Assembly (NCBI GenBank): GCA_963725665.1
Contig: CAVRZA010000002.1
Coordinates: forward strand, 352,001 to 416,000
Direction of reading: 5' to 3'
Origin: an uncultured Actinomycetes bacterium
GTDB lineage: Bacteria; Actinomycetota; Thermoleophilia; UBA2241
Length of the DNA stretch: 64,000 bases
Shown here: positions 18,444-30,203 of the stretch, one piece after another
How the letters are laid out: every line of letters starts with the position of its first letter
Numbering within the stretch: the first letter of the stretch is position 1
Program-made: the position numbers and the translations under genes
The notes under the pieces: generated by a model
Seen by the model: the letters and a program-made list of their open reading frames with translations, nothing else
Database searches by the model: none
Told to the model about the DNA's origin: nothing

Positions 18444-18863
18444 TCACTCCTTCTCTTCGAGCAGCATGGTGATGGCCTTCGGGGGGCACTCGTGGGCGCA
18501 GATGCCGCATCCCTTGCAGTGCGCCAGGTCGACGGCGACCGCCTTGCCACCCTCGACGATGATGGCGGCGTCGGGGCAGTAGAAGTAGCAGAGCATGCAG
18601 CCGATGCACTTCTCGACGTCGATCTCGGGCACGAAGGTGCGCCAGCCGCCGGTCTCGTTGTAGATCGAGTTGCCCGCCTCGGGGATCACGGCCCCGAGCT
18701 CGTGACGGTCCGGGCCCCACTCCTGGATGTCGGAGATGTCCCAAGCCGGCTTGGGAGGGGCGCCTTTCGTCCCGTCGCCCTTGGCCCCGCCGCTCGCCGC
18801 GCGTGGGCCCTTGGGCGCCTTCGCCGCAGCGGGACGGGCGGCCGGTTTCTTGCTCGGAGTCAT
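18444..18863 (-). CDS. porD: Pyruvate:ferredoxin oxidoreductase delta subunit (2x[4Fe-4S])
   Basis: TGGWRTFVP, KCIGCMLCYFYCPD, HCKGCGICAHECP. Confidence 0.93.
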   Translation of the reverse strand: MTPSKKPAARPAAAKAPKGPRAASGGAKGDGTKGAPPKPAWDISDIQEWGPDRHELGAVIPEAGNSIYNETGGWRTFVPEIDVEKCIGCMLCYFYCPDAAIIVEGGKAVAVDLAHCKGCGICAHECPPKAITMLLEEKE

Positions 18864-19468
18864 TCGCCCTGGACCTCCTCGTAGGCGCGCTGGAGCGCCC
18901 GGATGTTGCCTTCGACGACCTTGGGCGGGAACTTGTGGCCAAAGTCCTCGCGCATGAACTCGACGACGTCGTCGAGCGGGAAGAGCTCGGTCGCACGCAC
19001 TAGGGCGCCGACCATGGGGGTGTTGGGGATGGCGCGGCCGATGGTCTCGGTGGCGATGCGCGTCGCCGCGACGGCGTAGAGCCGGCCTCCCTTGATGGCG
19101 TACTTCGCACGCAGCTGTTTGGGCGCCAGGTCGGTGTTGACGATGAGGACCGCGTCGGCGGACGTGCCGTCCATCACGTTGACGATGTTGAGCAGGCTGG
19201 GGTCGAGCACGACGACGATGCCGGGATGCTCGATGCCGGAGTAGATCTGGATGGGCGCGTCGCTGATGCGCGTGAAGGCGACGATGGGCGCGCCGGAGCG
19301 CTCGGGCCCGTACTCAGGGAACGCCTGGAAGTACTTCTTCTGGCCGAGCGCGACCTCGGCGACCATCTTGGCCGCGGTGACCGCACCCTGTCCGCCGCGG
19401 CCGTGCCAGCGGATCTCGGTCATGCGTGCGCCGGGCGCCTTCTCGCGATCGGCAGTCTTGGTCTTCAC
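18860..19468 (-). CDS. porC: Pyruvate:ferredoxin oxidoreductase gamma subunit
   Basis: EIRWHGRGGQGAVTA, FPEYGPERSGAP, IPNTPMVGA. Confidence 0.93.
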   Translation of the reverse strand: MKTKTADREKAPGARMTEIRWHGRGGQGAVTAAKMVAEVALGQKKYFQAFPEYGPERSGAPIVAFTRISDAPIQIYSGIEHPGIVVVLDPSLLNIVNVMDGTSADAVLIVNTDLAPKQLRAKYAIKGGRLYAVAATRIATETIGRAIPNTPMVGALVRATELFPLDDVVEFMREDFGHKFPPKVVEGNIRALQRAYEEVQGE

Positions 19469-19471
19469 GTC

Positions 19472-20077
19472 TCACCCCACCTGTCCGCGGCTGACCTCGC
19501 GCCGGCCGGCGAGAGCGCGGCCTAGCGTGAGTTCGTCTGCGTATTCGAGATCGCCGCCGACCGGCAGCCCGCTGGCGAGGCGCGAGACGCGCACCGCCTC
19601 GGGAAGCAGGTCGGCGATGTACAGTGCCGTAGCTTCGCCGGTCATCGTCGGGTTCGTGGCGAGGATGACCTCCCGGACCCCGTCGTCGACACGCCGCACC
19701 AGCTCGACCACGTGCAGGTCGGCCGGCTCGACGCCGTCGATGGGCGACAGGGCGCCGCCGAGCACGTGGTAGAGGCCGTGGAACTCGCGCGTGCGCTCGA
19801 TCGGCACAATGTCGGCCGGCTGCTCGACCACGCAGATCACGCTCGCATCGCGCCTCGTGTCGGCGCAGATGCCGCAGAGCTCGCCCTCGGCGAGATTGAA
19901 GCAGCGCGTGCAGAAGCCGATCTTCTCCTTGACCTCGACGATGGCCGCGGCGAGGGGAAGCACGTCGTCGGGGCGTTGTCTCAGGATGTGGAATGCGAGC
20001 CGCTGCGCGGTGCGTGGGCCGATGCCGGGAAGCTTGGCGAGCTCCGTGATCAGGCGTTCGACCGCAGGCGAATACAC
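19472..20077 (-). CDS. recR: Recombination mediator RecR
   Basis: LPGIGPRTAQRLA, C4 zinc finger, YHVLGGALSPIDG, LEYADELTL. Confidence 0.97.
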   Translation of the reverse strand: MYSPAVERLITELAKLPGIGPRTAQRLAFHILRQRPDDVLPLAAAIVEVKEKIGFCTRCFNLAEGELCGICADTRRDASVICVVEQPADIVPIERTREFHGLYHVLGGALSPIDGVEPADLHVVELVRRVDDGVREVILATNPTMTGEATALYIADLLPEAVRVSRLASGLPVGGDLEYADELTLGRALAGRREVSRGQVG

Positions 20078-20271
20078 GCTTCGTTACACTCCCTCGAGAG
20101 ATCGGGCGGCTCGTGCCGTTTCCGGCACCTGAACAAGGCGACAAGCCAACCACCGATTTTATGTGGCAGCCGGCCCACCGGCAACGCCGGTGGGCTGTCG
20201 CCGGCGGCCACCGCCTCGCCTCGCGGGGTGGTGACCCGCGCGGGGCCCGGCGCTGCGCCGCGGTAGACGGA

Positions 20272-20452
20272 CCACCCCTTATCCCACCCTTCACAAGCGA
20301 CCCGCCGGAGCGACGCTTGCGTCGCTGCAGACGGCGTTTCGAGGCGGCTTGCGGGACCGGCCCGGTGTGAGCGGAGACTCTCGTGCTCCTGTGCACAAGA
20401 GTACCGTGAAGGAGCCCGTCATTCAAGGTCTTGGGCCCGGTCTTGCAGGGAG
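20272..20452 (-). ncRNA. Candidate structured non-coding RNA of unknown family in the ybaB-recR gap
   Basis: Nested stems: CCTTCAC/GTGAAGG (20288-20294 / 20406-20412), AGCGACGC/GCGTCGCT (20309-20326), CUCUUGUGC/GCACGAGAG (20378-20401, a G-U pair only on the - strand); boundaries approximate. Confidence 0.4.
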
Positions 20453-20540
20453 TTTTGCCGGAGCGGCGGACCGCTGCGCCGGCAGGGAGAGCCGGCGCAC
20501 ACCTCTGAGGTGCGCGCGAGGGGCGCTTGCGTCGCCTCTG

Positions 20541-20864
20541 CTAGAAGAGTCCGGGGATGTTGGGCAGGTCGAGGCCCTGCGTGGCGCCGCCGAGCTTCTT
20601 TTGTGCCAGGTCCTGCGCGGAGCGCAGCGCCTCGTTGGTGGCCGCCATGACCAGGTCCTGGAGCATCTCGACGTCGTCGGGGTCGACCGCGTCCTTCTCG
20701 ATGTGCACCTCGCGCACCTCGAGGTTGCCGCTTGCGACCACCGTCACCATGCCGCCGCCGGCACTCGCCGAGACGGTCTCGCTGGCGAGCTCCTCCTGCG
20801 CCCTGGCCATCTGCTCCTGCATCTTCTGGACCTGCTTCATCATCTTGGAGTAGTTCTGGTTCAT
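20541..20864 (-). CDS. ybaB: YbaB/EbfC nucleoid-associated protein
   Basis: [34 protein letters not shown]; between dnaX and recR. Confidence 0.95.
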   Translation of the reverse strand: MNQNYSKMMKQVQKMQEQMARAQEELASETVSASAGGGMVTVVASGNLEVREVHIEKDAVDPDDVEMLQDLVMAATNEALRSAQDLAQKKLGGATQGLDLPNIPGLF

Positions 20865-20880
20865 CTGGGGGGCGTCTCCT

Positions 20881-22860
20881 CTACTCGTCCTCGGGCAGGA
20901 CCCGTGCGTCGAGGGTCTGTTCAACCATTTTGACCTTCTCGGCCAGGCTGAGGCTCTTCTGGGGAGCGGGCGGCGGCGCAGCCGCCGCCCGCTCCCTCTC
21001 ATTCACCACGTACTCGACCGCGAACGCGCCGCCGCTCACCTCGTGCAGCGCCGTTGTCAGCATCTCGGTGTTGGCCGGCTCGCGCACCTTGCGCAGAGCG
21101 AACTCGGAGGGCACGGCCACGGTGAGCACGCCGTGCGCCAGCTCCGTCGGTCGCGCCTCCTTCAACGCTCCGTACAGCGTCGCGTCACGCCTCTCGAGTT
21201 GCTGGAGCACGAGGTTCCAGCCGCGCTTGAGCTTCTCGAGGCTCGGATGCTCGGGCCCCAAGTGTTGCGGGGCCGGCCCCGCTGGTTCGGGCGCCGTCGC
21301 ATCGGATGCAGACGCCGCTGCAGCGGCCGGTCCTTGGCTCGCCTCAGGCTCGGCTGCCGCTGACGGCGCCTCTGCTTCCGGTGACGGCGCCCGCGCCGAC
21401 GGCGCCGCCGAGTCCGATGACGGCTCGGCGGTCGTCGCCGAGGGCTCGCCTGCTGCGGCCGGCTCAGGTGGCGCGGTCGGTCCAGGCGCCGCGGGCGGCT
21501 CGGGGCCGCTTGCGACGTCGGTGGCAGGCGGCACAGCCGAGACGGCGCCGACACTCGCGGCGCCGGCGTCGCCGCCCTCGTCACGGACGCCGGGCTCGAC
21601 GCGCGTCGCGGCGTCGCCGACGGGTGGCGGCGCGCCCGGAGTCCCACCGGCTACCGGACGCCTGCCGCTCGCGGCCTCGAGGCGGCGCAGGCGCTCCTCG
21701 AGGCCGTCGGGCGAGAGGTCGACCTGCGGCTTGGTCGCCTTGACCAGGGCGAGCTCGAGCTGCAGCCGGCCGTCGAGGCCCGCCTTGATCTCGCTCTGGG
21801 CGTCGCCCAGCAGCTCGATCAGGCGGACCAGCTCGGCCGGCCGCAGGTTGTTGGCCTGCTCCTGCACCTTGTGCAGGCGCGCGTCGCCGAGCCCGAGACC
21901 GGTGTCGAGTGAGCGCACCACATCGGGGTCGCCGGTGTCGGAGTGCTGCACGATGAAGACGTGTCGCAGGTGGGTGAGGAGCTCCTTGATGAACTGCGCG
22001 TAGTTGGGCCCCCGCTCCGAGAGGCGTTGCACGAACAGAAGCGCTCCGGCCGCGTCGCGGTCGATGACGACGTCGGTCAGCTCGAAGAGGAGCTCGTCCT
22101 CGACCACGCCGAGCACGTCGAGCACGTCGCGGGCCTTGATCGTCTGGCCCTCGAAGAAGGTCACCATCTGGTCGAGGACGCCGACCGCGTCGCGGAAGCT
22201 TCCCTGCGCGTGCTCGGCGATCTCGGCCACGGCGGCGTCTTCGATGTCGATGCCCTCGCTCGCGGCGATGCGGCGCAAAACGTCGCGGATCTCGGGCAGC
22301 CCCGGGCGCTTGAAGTCGAAGCGCTGGCAGCGCGAGAGGATCGTCGTGGGGATCTTGTGCGGCTCGGTCGTGGCGAGCACGAACACCACGTGCGCCGGTG
22401 GCTCCTCGAGCGTCTTCAGGAGGGCGTTGAAGGCCGCCTCGGTGAGCATGTGGACCTCGTCGATGATGTAGACCTTCGACCGGCCGCGCACCGGTTGAAA
22501 GGCGACCTTGTCGCGGATCTCACGGATGTCGTCGATGCCGCGGTTCGAGGCGGCGTCCATCTCGATGACGTCGAGCGAGGTGGAGGCGGCGATGGCGACG
22601 CACTCGTCGCACACCCCGCAGGGCGTGACGGTCGGAGCGGTGACCGGCGTGCCGTCGGGGTTCTCGCCCACGCAGTTGAGCGCCTTGGCGAGGATCTTGG
22701 CCATGCTCGTCTTGCCGATGCCGCGCGGTCCGGCGAAGAGGTAGGCGTGCGCGACGGCGCTCGTGGAGACGGCGTTCTTGAGCGTGCGCGCCACGTGGTC
22801 CTGACCGACGACCTCGTCGAACGTCTGGGGACGGTACTTGCGGTAGAGGGAGAGCTTCAT
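20881..22860 (-). CDS. dnaX: DNA polymerase III subunit gamma/tau
   Basis: [46 protein letters not shown]; Pro/Ala-rich linker. Confidence 0.97.
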   Translation of the reverse strand: MKLSLYRKYRPQTFDEVVGQDHVARTLKNAVSTSAVAHAYLFAGPRGIGKTSMAKILAKALNCVGENPDGTPVTAPTVTPCGVCDECVAIAASTSLDVIEMDAASNRGIDDIREIRDKVAFQPVRGRSKVYIIDEVHMLTEAAFNALLKTLEEPPAHVVFVLATTEPHKIPTTILSRCQRFDFKRPGLPEIRDVLRRIAASEGIDIEDAAVAEIAEHAQGSFRDAVGVLDQMVTFFEGQTIKARDVLDVLGVVEDELLFELTDVVIDRDAAGALLFVQRLSERGPNYAQFIKELLTHLRHVFIVQHSDTGDPDVVRSLDTGLGLGDARLHKVQEQANNLRPAELVRLIELLGDAQSEIKAGLDGRLQLELALVKATKPQVDLSPDGLEERLRRLEAASGRRPVAGGTPGAPPPVGDAATRVEPGVRDEGGDAGAASVGAVSAVPPATDVASGPEPPAAPGPTAPPEPAAAGEPSATTAEPSSDSAAPSARAPSPEAEAPSAAAEPEASQGPAAAAASASDATAPEPAGPAPQHLGPEHPSLEKLKRGWNLVLQQLERRDATLYGALKEARPTELAHGVLTVAVPSEFALRKVREPANTEMLTTALHEVSGGAFAVEYVVNERERAAAAPPPAPQKSLSLAEKVKMVEQTLDARVLPEDE

Positions 22861-22950
22861 GGTCGGCCTAGTGTACCCGCGGTCGCCGACAGCGTGAAGG
22901 AGGTGCGGGCGCGAGCCCGCCGTCGCCGGGGGTAGACGGGGGGTAGACGT

Positions 22951-23224
22951 ATGGCCGCGCACCCGCCGTCGAGTACCATCCTCCGAGCGTCCCTGCCGGT
23001 GGCAAGCTCCGGCCGGGCGCCCCCGCGGCACATGGAAGTGCCTGCTTACCGCTGCTTCCTTCCGGACCTGACGGGGTTCGCAGGGTCCCATTGCGCGGGA
23101 CCCGGCCATCAACGCCGCACGCCGGCCGACGGCCTCGCGGGACGGCCCCTCGGGCGGGGATTCAGCCCCGCTGTAGCGGATTGCGGGTACAGGGCACCGC
23201 TAGCTCCCCGCCTAGCGCGACCAT
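22951..23224 (-). ncRNA. ffs: Signal recognition particle RNA, large (Alu-domain-containing) bacterial type
   Basis: S-domain CAGGUCCGGAAGGAAGCAGC; 5' GCUAGGCGGGGAGCUAGCGGUGCCCUGUACCCGCAAUCCGCU Alu-like region; ends pair; upstream of dnaX. Confidence 0.92.
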
Positions 23225-23229
23225 CAGCG

Positions 23230-23258
23230 AGTCTACCCATGGTCCGAAGGGGGGTCAA
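23230..23258 (-). promoter_or_regulatory. Sigma70 promoter of ffs-dnaX (TTGACC-17-TAGACT)
   Basis: Canonical spacing, a few nt upstream of the SRP RNA 5' end. Confidence 0.75.
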
Positions 23259-23287
23259 ACGCATGCTCGAGCCCTGCGCCCGGCGCG

Positions 23288-25975
23288 CTAGACGCGCAGC
23301 ACGATCTTGCGGATCTCGGGGTCGTCGGTGGGCCGCACGTCGAAGCCGAGCGACTCGGCGAAGCGCAGCATCCTCGTGTTGGCCGCCAGCACGTCGCCGT
23401 TGATCTCGCGCACGTGCTGGTCGCGCGCCGCTTGGATCAGGGCGTCCATGAGCTCCGTGCCCAGGCTCCTGCCTTGGTACTCGTCGCGTACGACGATGGC
23501 GAACTCGCCCTCTTCGGCGTTGCCCGTCTCCTTGGTCAGACGGGCAACGCCGAGCATCCTGGCCTTCTTCTTCTGCCCCTGGATGGCGACGATGGCGATC
23601 TCGCGGTCGTAGTCGATGTGCAGGTAGCGCACCAGCATCGACTTGGTGATCTCCTTGACCGGACCGAAGAAGCGGTACTCGGTCGTGGCCTCCGAGAGGG
23701 AGTTGATCATCTCCGACCACAAGGGTTCGTCCTCGGGCCGGATGGGACGCAGCTTGACCTTGTCCTTCTCGCCCTCGATGGCGAACTCGGACTCGTACTT
23801 GCTGGGGTACATCGAGATGATGAGGTGCGATCCCGGCAGGGCGATCTTGCGCACGTCCTTGGGCTCGATGACGATGCGCGCGTCGAGCGCGGCCAGCCCG
23901 TCGGCGCGCACCTGCACGGGGTTGGCGTCCATCTCGAGGATCTCGGGGAAGTCGACCAGCAGGTAGCTGAACTTCACCAGCGTCTGCTCGAGCGCCACCA
24001 TGTCGACCGCCGGACGGCCCCGGTAGCCTTCGAGCAGCCTCGAGACCTTCGTGTCGCGGATCATGGCGCGCGCGAGCGTCTCGTTGACGGGCGGGAAGTC
24101 GACGGCCACGTCGCGGTAGAGCTCGACGCCGGTGCCGCCCATGCCGAACATGAGCGCCGGGCCGAAGGTCGCGTCGCGCTTGGAGCCGATGATGACCTCG
24201 TAGCCGCCGCGCGGGGCCATCTCCTCGACGACCATGCCGAGGATCTCGGCCTCGGGCGCCGCCGCCTGCACGCGCTCGGAGACCTCTGTGTACTGCTTGG
24301 CGGCCTCGGGCGCCGAGCGGATGTTGAGCGCCACGCCGCCCACATCGGTCTTGTGCGTGATGTCGTGCGAGAGGACCTTCATCGCCACTGGGAAGCCCAA
24401 CTGCTCGGCGGCGGCGGCCGCCTCCTCGGGGCTCGTCGCGACGACCGTCTTGACCGCCGGGATCTCGTAGGCCTCGAGGACCTCCTTCGCCTCGACCTCG
24501 GTGAGGATTGACCGACCCGAGCGCGCCGCCGCGGTGAAGATGCGCTTCACACGTTCCCGGTCGGGGTTGAAGTCGGGCAGAAGGTCGGTCGGCGTCTCGT
24601 AGAGGAGCGCCAGGTTCTTGGTGTAGTCGTACATGTACATGTAGGCCCCCACGGCGTCCTCAGGGGTGTTAAACGTGGGGATGTGGGCCTGGCGCAGCGC
24701 CTCGATGCCGTCGCGCACCTTGATCTCGCCCATGAAGGAGGTGAGCAGCGGCTTGCGCGGGTGCGCCCTTGACACTTCGATGAGCGCCGCCGCGGTCTCG
24801 GTGGGGTGGCTCATCGCCTGCGGCGTGAGGATGGCGAGGACACCGTCGATGTTGGGGTCCTCCATCAGCGCCGCGGCCGCGTTGCCGTAACGCACCTCGT
24901 CGGCGTCTCCGCCCACGTCTACCGGGTTGCCGCGGGCCGCGAACCCGGGGAGGGCCGACTGCAGCTTGGCGTCGGTCTCGGGGCTCACGTCGGCGAGCTC
25001 GCCGCCGAGGGCGAGGAGGCGGTCGGAGGCCATCACGCCGGGGCCGCCGGCGTTGGTGAGGATCGCGAGGCGGGGACCTCTGGGGCTCGTCTGGCGGCTC
25101 AGCGCCTCGGAGGCGTCGAACAGGTCTTCGATCTCGTCGACGCGCACGACGCCGGCGCGACGGAAGGCGGCGCTGTAGAGCGTGTCGTCGCCGGCGATCG
25201 CGCCGGTGTGCGAGGCCGCCGCCATGGCGGAGCGGGCGCTGCGCCCCGCCTTGACGACGATGATCGGCTTGGTCTTGGCGAAGTGGCGCGCCGCGCTCAT
25301 GAACTTGCGCGCGTCGGTGATCGCCTCGATGTAGATGATGATCGAGCTCGTCTGCGGGTCGGCGCCGAAGCAGTCGATGAGGTCGCCGAAGTCGACGTCG
25401 CTCATCGACCCCACCGAGACGAAGGCCGAGAAGCCGACATGGTTGGCCGTCGCCCAGTCGAGGATGGCCGTGCCCAGGGCGCCGGACTGGCTGAAGAAGG
25501 CTACGCGGCCGGGCTCGGGCATGACGTGGGCGAAGGTGGCGTTGAGGTTGTGTCCCGGGCGGATGTAGCCGAGACAGTTGGGACCCAGGATGCGCAGGTC
25601 GTAGGACCGCGCGATGGCGAGCACCTGCTCCTCGAGCCGCTGTCCCTGGGCGCCGGTCTCCTTGAACCCGGCCGACACGATGACGCAGGCGCCTACCCCG
25701 GCCTCGCCGCATTCGCGCACCAGGTCGGGCACGGCTTTGGCCGGCACGGCGATGATGGCGAGGTCTACCTTGCGCGGTACCTGGGAGACGGTGGCGTAGG
25801 CCTGGATGCCCTGCACGGCCATTGCCGTCGGGTTGACGGGGTAGACGACGCCGTTGTACTCGGCGCCGATGAGATTGTGCAAGAGGATGTAGCCGACGGA
25901 GCCTTTCTTGTTGGAGGCGCCGATCACGGCGATGCTCTTGGGATCGAACAGCTTGTCGAGGTTCAGCGTGCTCAT
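23288..25975 (-). CDS. ADP-forming acyl-CoA synthetase family protein with C-terminal GNAT (Pat-type lysine acetyltransferase architecture)
   Basis: LFDPKSIAVIGAS, GPNCLG, SQSGA, ASHTGAIAG, HKTDVGGV ATP-grasp, C-terminal LRPIRPED...YQGRSLG GNAT. Confidence 0.92.
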   Translation of the reverse strand: MSTLNLDKLFDPKSIAVIGASNKKGSVGYILLHNLIGAEYNGVVYPVNPTAMAVQGIQAYATVSQVPRKVDLAIIAVPAKAVPDLVRECGEAGVGACVIVSAGFKETGAQGQRLEEQVLAIARSYDLRILGPNCLGYIRPGHNLNATFAHVMPEPGRVAFFSQSGALGTAILDWATANHVGFSAFVSVGSMSDVDFGDLIDCFGADPQTSSIIIYIEAITDARKFMSAARHFAKTKPIIVVKAGRSARSAMAAASHTGAIAGDDTLYSAAFRRAGVVRVDEIEDLFDASEALSRQTSPRGPRLAILTNAGGPGVMASDRLLALGGELADVSPETDAKLQSALPGFAARGNPVDVGGDADEVRYGNAAAALMEDPNIDGVLAILTPQAMSHPTETAAALIEVSRAHPRKPLLTSFMGEIKVRDGIEALRQAHIPTFNTPEDAVGAYMYMYDYTKNLALLYETPTDLLPDFNPDRERVKRIFTAAARSGRSILTEVEAKEVLEAYEIPAVKTVVATSPEEAAAAAEQLGFPVAMKVLSHDITHKTDVGGVALNIRSAPEAAKQYTEVSERVQAAAPEAEILGMVVEEMAPRGGYEVIIGSKRDATFGPALMFGMGGTGVELYRDVAVDFPPVNETLARAMIRDTKVSRLLEGYRGRPAVDMVALEQTLVKFSYLLVDFPEILEMDANPVQVRADGLAALDARIVIEPKDVRKIALPGSHLIISMYPSKYESEFAIEGEKDKVKLRPIRPEDEPLWSEMINSLSEATTEYRFFGPVKEITKSMLVRYLHIDYDREIAIVAIQGQKKKARMLGVARLTKETGNAEEGEFAIVVRDEYQGRSLGTELMDALIQAARDQHVREINGDVLAANTRMLRFAESLGFDVRPTDDPEIRKIVLRV

Positions 25976-26155
25976 CGGCGTCTCTCCAGATGCAGGCTCG
26001 GCGGTCTCCAGCGTTCACGCACCTTGCGGCGGCGCGTTGGGTCATGGCAAAAAAGAGACGGGACCACGCACGTGCCCCGCCCCCCTTCGCGTCTCCAGTC
26101 TATACCCGGCGGCGCTCCTTCCCGCCACGTGGCGTGACGGAGCGGAGCGTCCGGG

Positions 26156-27631
26156 CTACAGTCTCGCCGCCTCGCGTTCGGCCTGCTGGAGTACGCGGTC
26201 GAGGGCGGCGAGGACGTCGTCGGGCAGGGGCGCGGGCCGGTGCTCGCGCGCCAGGCGCGCGAACTCGGCCCGCGCCCCTGCCACGACCGGCTCCTCGCCG
26301 CCCATCGTGGGCGGGGCCAGTGGCGGGTGCAAGGGCCCGAAGCGCACGTCGCGCAGATGCTCGCGCGTGTGGCGGTGGGCGAGGAAGTGGCCGCGCGGTC
26401 CGATGTCGGCGATCACCTGTAAGGCAGGGTCGCCGAGGCCCGTGGTCGTTTGCTCGAGCCACTCGTAGGCGCGCAGCGCCGCCTCGTGCTGGAGCACCAG
26501 GAGATGGGGCTCGAGGACGGTCGCCCCGCCGAGCAGGCCGCCCATGTCGCCCGTGATCTCGCCTCCGTACAGGGGAAGCAGGGCTGCGCCGAGCCCGGCG
26601 TGGGCGCCGGCCTCCCAGCCGATGCGCCTGGCGTCGCTGGAGAGGCTCGAGCCCTGCAAGCAGGGCACGCCCCAGGCGTGCGCGAGCTGCACCAGAAGCC
26701 AGCCCACGGCGGCGTCGAACTCCGAGACGTAGCCGCCGCTGTGGGGGTCCATGACGGAGAGCAGGTTGCTGTGGAAGACGGCCGCGCCGGGGTGGGCGAG
26801 CTGCACAAGGACCATGGCGCTCACCACCTCGGCTTCGCCGAGAGCGATGGCACCCGCGAGCGACATCGGCGCCGTGCTCCCCATGGTCGGCATCGCCATG
26901 AAGCTCATCGGGATGCCGGCCTCGGCGTACACGAGCGCGGTCTCGACGCCGGTCGCGTCTTGGGAGAGGGGGCTGATGGTGCAGATGTTGGCGCAGATCG
27001 GCGGGCGGCGGCGGCGCGCCTCCTCCGACCCCGCGACGACGGTCGCCATCTCCACGATGCGGCGCGCCAGGACGGGGTGCACCGTCGTCGCACCGCGCAC
27101 GTGCTTCAGGGTGTTGGTGAGCCCGGCGTGGCACTCGTGGAGGGGGGCCGTCCGGGGGTGGTCCTGGGCGCTCACGCAGGGCCAGAAGAACGAGATCAGA
27201 GGCAGGGCGTCGGCCACACGCGCCATGAGCTCGATGTCGGCCGTGCGCGAGGCGCGCTCCTGGCCCGTCTCCGGGTCGCGCACGCGAACGCCCACACCCT
27301 CGGTACAGAGGTAGGTCCGCGCGCCGTCGAGCACCAGGTCGAAGCGCTCCTCACGTCCCGCGAGGACGAACGCACGCGGCGCCGTCGCGAGCGCGCGCTC
27401 GACGAGGTCCTGCGAGAGGCGCACGGCGCCGTCGTCGCCGACGACGGCGCCGTGCGCCCTGAAGATCTCGAGCGCGCGCTCGCACGGGAAGCACACCCCG
27501 ACGCCCTCGAGGATGTCGAACGTCGCCTGCTTGAGGCGCGCTACGCCGGCGGCGTCGAGCGGGTCGCGCCGCAGCCGGTCGGAGAACCAGAGGATGTCAG
27601 GGGTCGCCGTGCTCGTCGCGTCCGTGTTCAT
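26156..27631 (-). CDS. Non-pyrrolysine MttB-superfamily methyltransferase
   Basis: ALATAPRAFVLAGR, ISPL, MGSTAPMSLAGAIA, IGPRGHFLAHRHTR; no in-frame stop at the Pyl-equivalent region. Confidence 0.85.
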   Translation of the reverse strand: MNTDATSTATPDILWFSDRLRRDPLDAAGVARLKQATFDILEGVGVCFPCERALEIFRAHGAVVGDDGAVRLSQDLVERALATAPRAFVLAGREERFDLVLDGARTYLCTEGVGVRVRDPETGQERASRTADIELMARVADALPLISFFWPCVSAQDHPRTAPLHECHAGLTNTLKHVRGATTVHPVLARRIVEMATVVAGSEEARRRRPPICANICTISPLSQDATGVETALVYAEAGIPMSFMAMPTMGSTAPMSLAGAIALGEAEVVSAMVLVQLAHPGAAVFHSNLLSVMDPHSGGYVSEFDAAVGWLLVQLAHAWGVPCLQGSSLSSDARRIGWEAGAHAGLGAALLPLYGGEITGDMGGLLGGATVLEPHLLVLQHEAALRAYEWLEQTTTGLGDPALQVIADIGPRGHFLAHRHTREHLRDVRFGPLHPPLAPPTMGGEEPVVAGARAEFARLAREHRPAPLPDDVLAALDRVLQQAEREAARL

Positions 27632-27715
27632 GCGTCCGTCACCTCTTGGGGGTGTGTGTTCGCGATTGCGTCCGCATGCTACAGCCGCCCTCTCTCGGAC
27701 GGCTAGCCGAATGCA

Positions 27716-27755
27716 GCAGGGGCGGGCGGCGCCTTCCGGCGCCGCCCGCCCCTGC
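27716..27755 (-). terminator. GC-rich hairpin after acs
   Basis: GCAGGGGCGGGCGGCGCC-TTCC-GGCGCCGCCCGCCCCTGC perfect 18-bp stem. Confidence 0.6.
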
Positions 27756-27778
27756 GAGCCGTTCTCTGTCGCCTCGCG

Positions 27779-29755
<1,977 letters not shown>

Positions 29756-30023
29756 CCTCTTCACCTCCGTGAGGTTCTCATGCGTTTCGTCGCTGGCCGG
29801 CAGCCGAGCGCAGCGACCACCCTCGCCGCGGCCGACGTTGGCCGCTGTGGCCGATGCTCAGGCGCCGACTACTCCAATGTGGCATGGGAAGTGCCGCTCG
29901 GCGGGTCTGCTGGACCCGGCCGTTGGCCAGTATGGCAGACTACACCCCCCGCTGGGGACGGCGCAAGGCGAGGGGCGGGTCGGCGACCGCATGAGTCAGG
30001 GGGGCCAACGACCCGAGGGAGTG

Positions 30024-30098
30024 TGGTGGGCAATGTTGGATTTGAACCAACGACCTCCTGCGTGTGAAGCAGGCGCTCTCCCCCTGAGCTAATTGCCC
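30024..30098 (-). tRNA. tRNA-Val(CAC)
   Basis: GGGCAAT acceptor stem, anticodon arm CCTGC-TT-CAC-AC-GCAGG, GGTTCAAATCC, encoded CCA. Confidence 0.95.
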
Positions 30099-30203
30099 AC
30101 GGACGGCAAGGATACCAGACGCTGGAAGGGGACGGAACGGCGCTCCGTTCGTCCCCTGCAGCGGCGGCGGCGAAGGGCGCGCGGGTGGGTCGTTTTCGGC
30201 GCG

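Noticed and set aside
20881-22860. Programmed -1 frameshift in dnaX
   Set aside because: No A-AAA-AAG or poly-A/T slippery run seen
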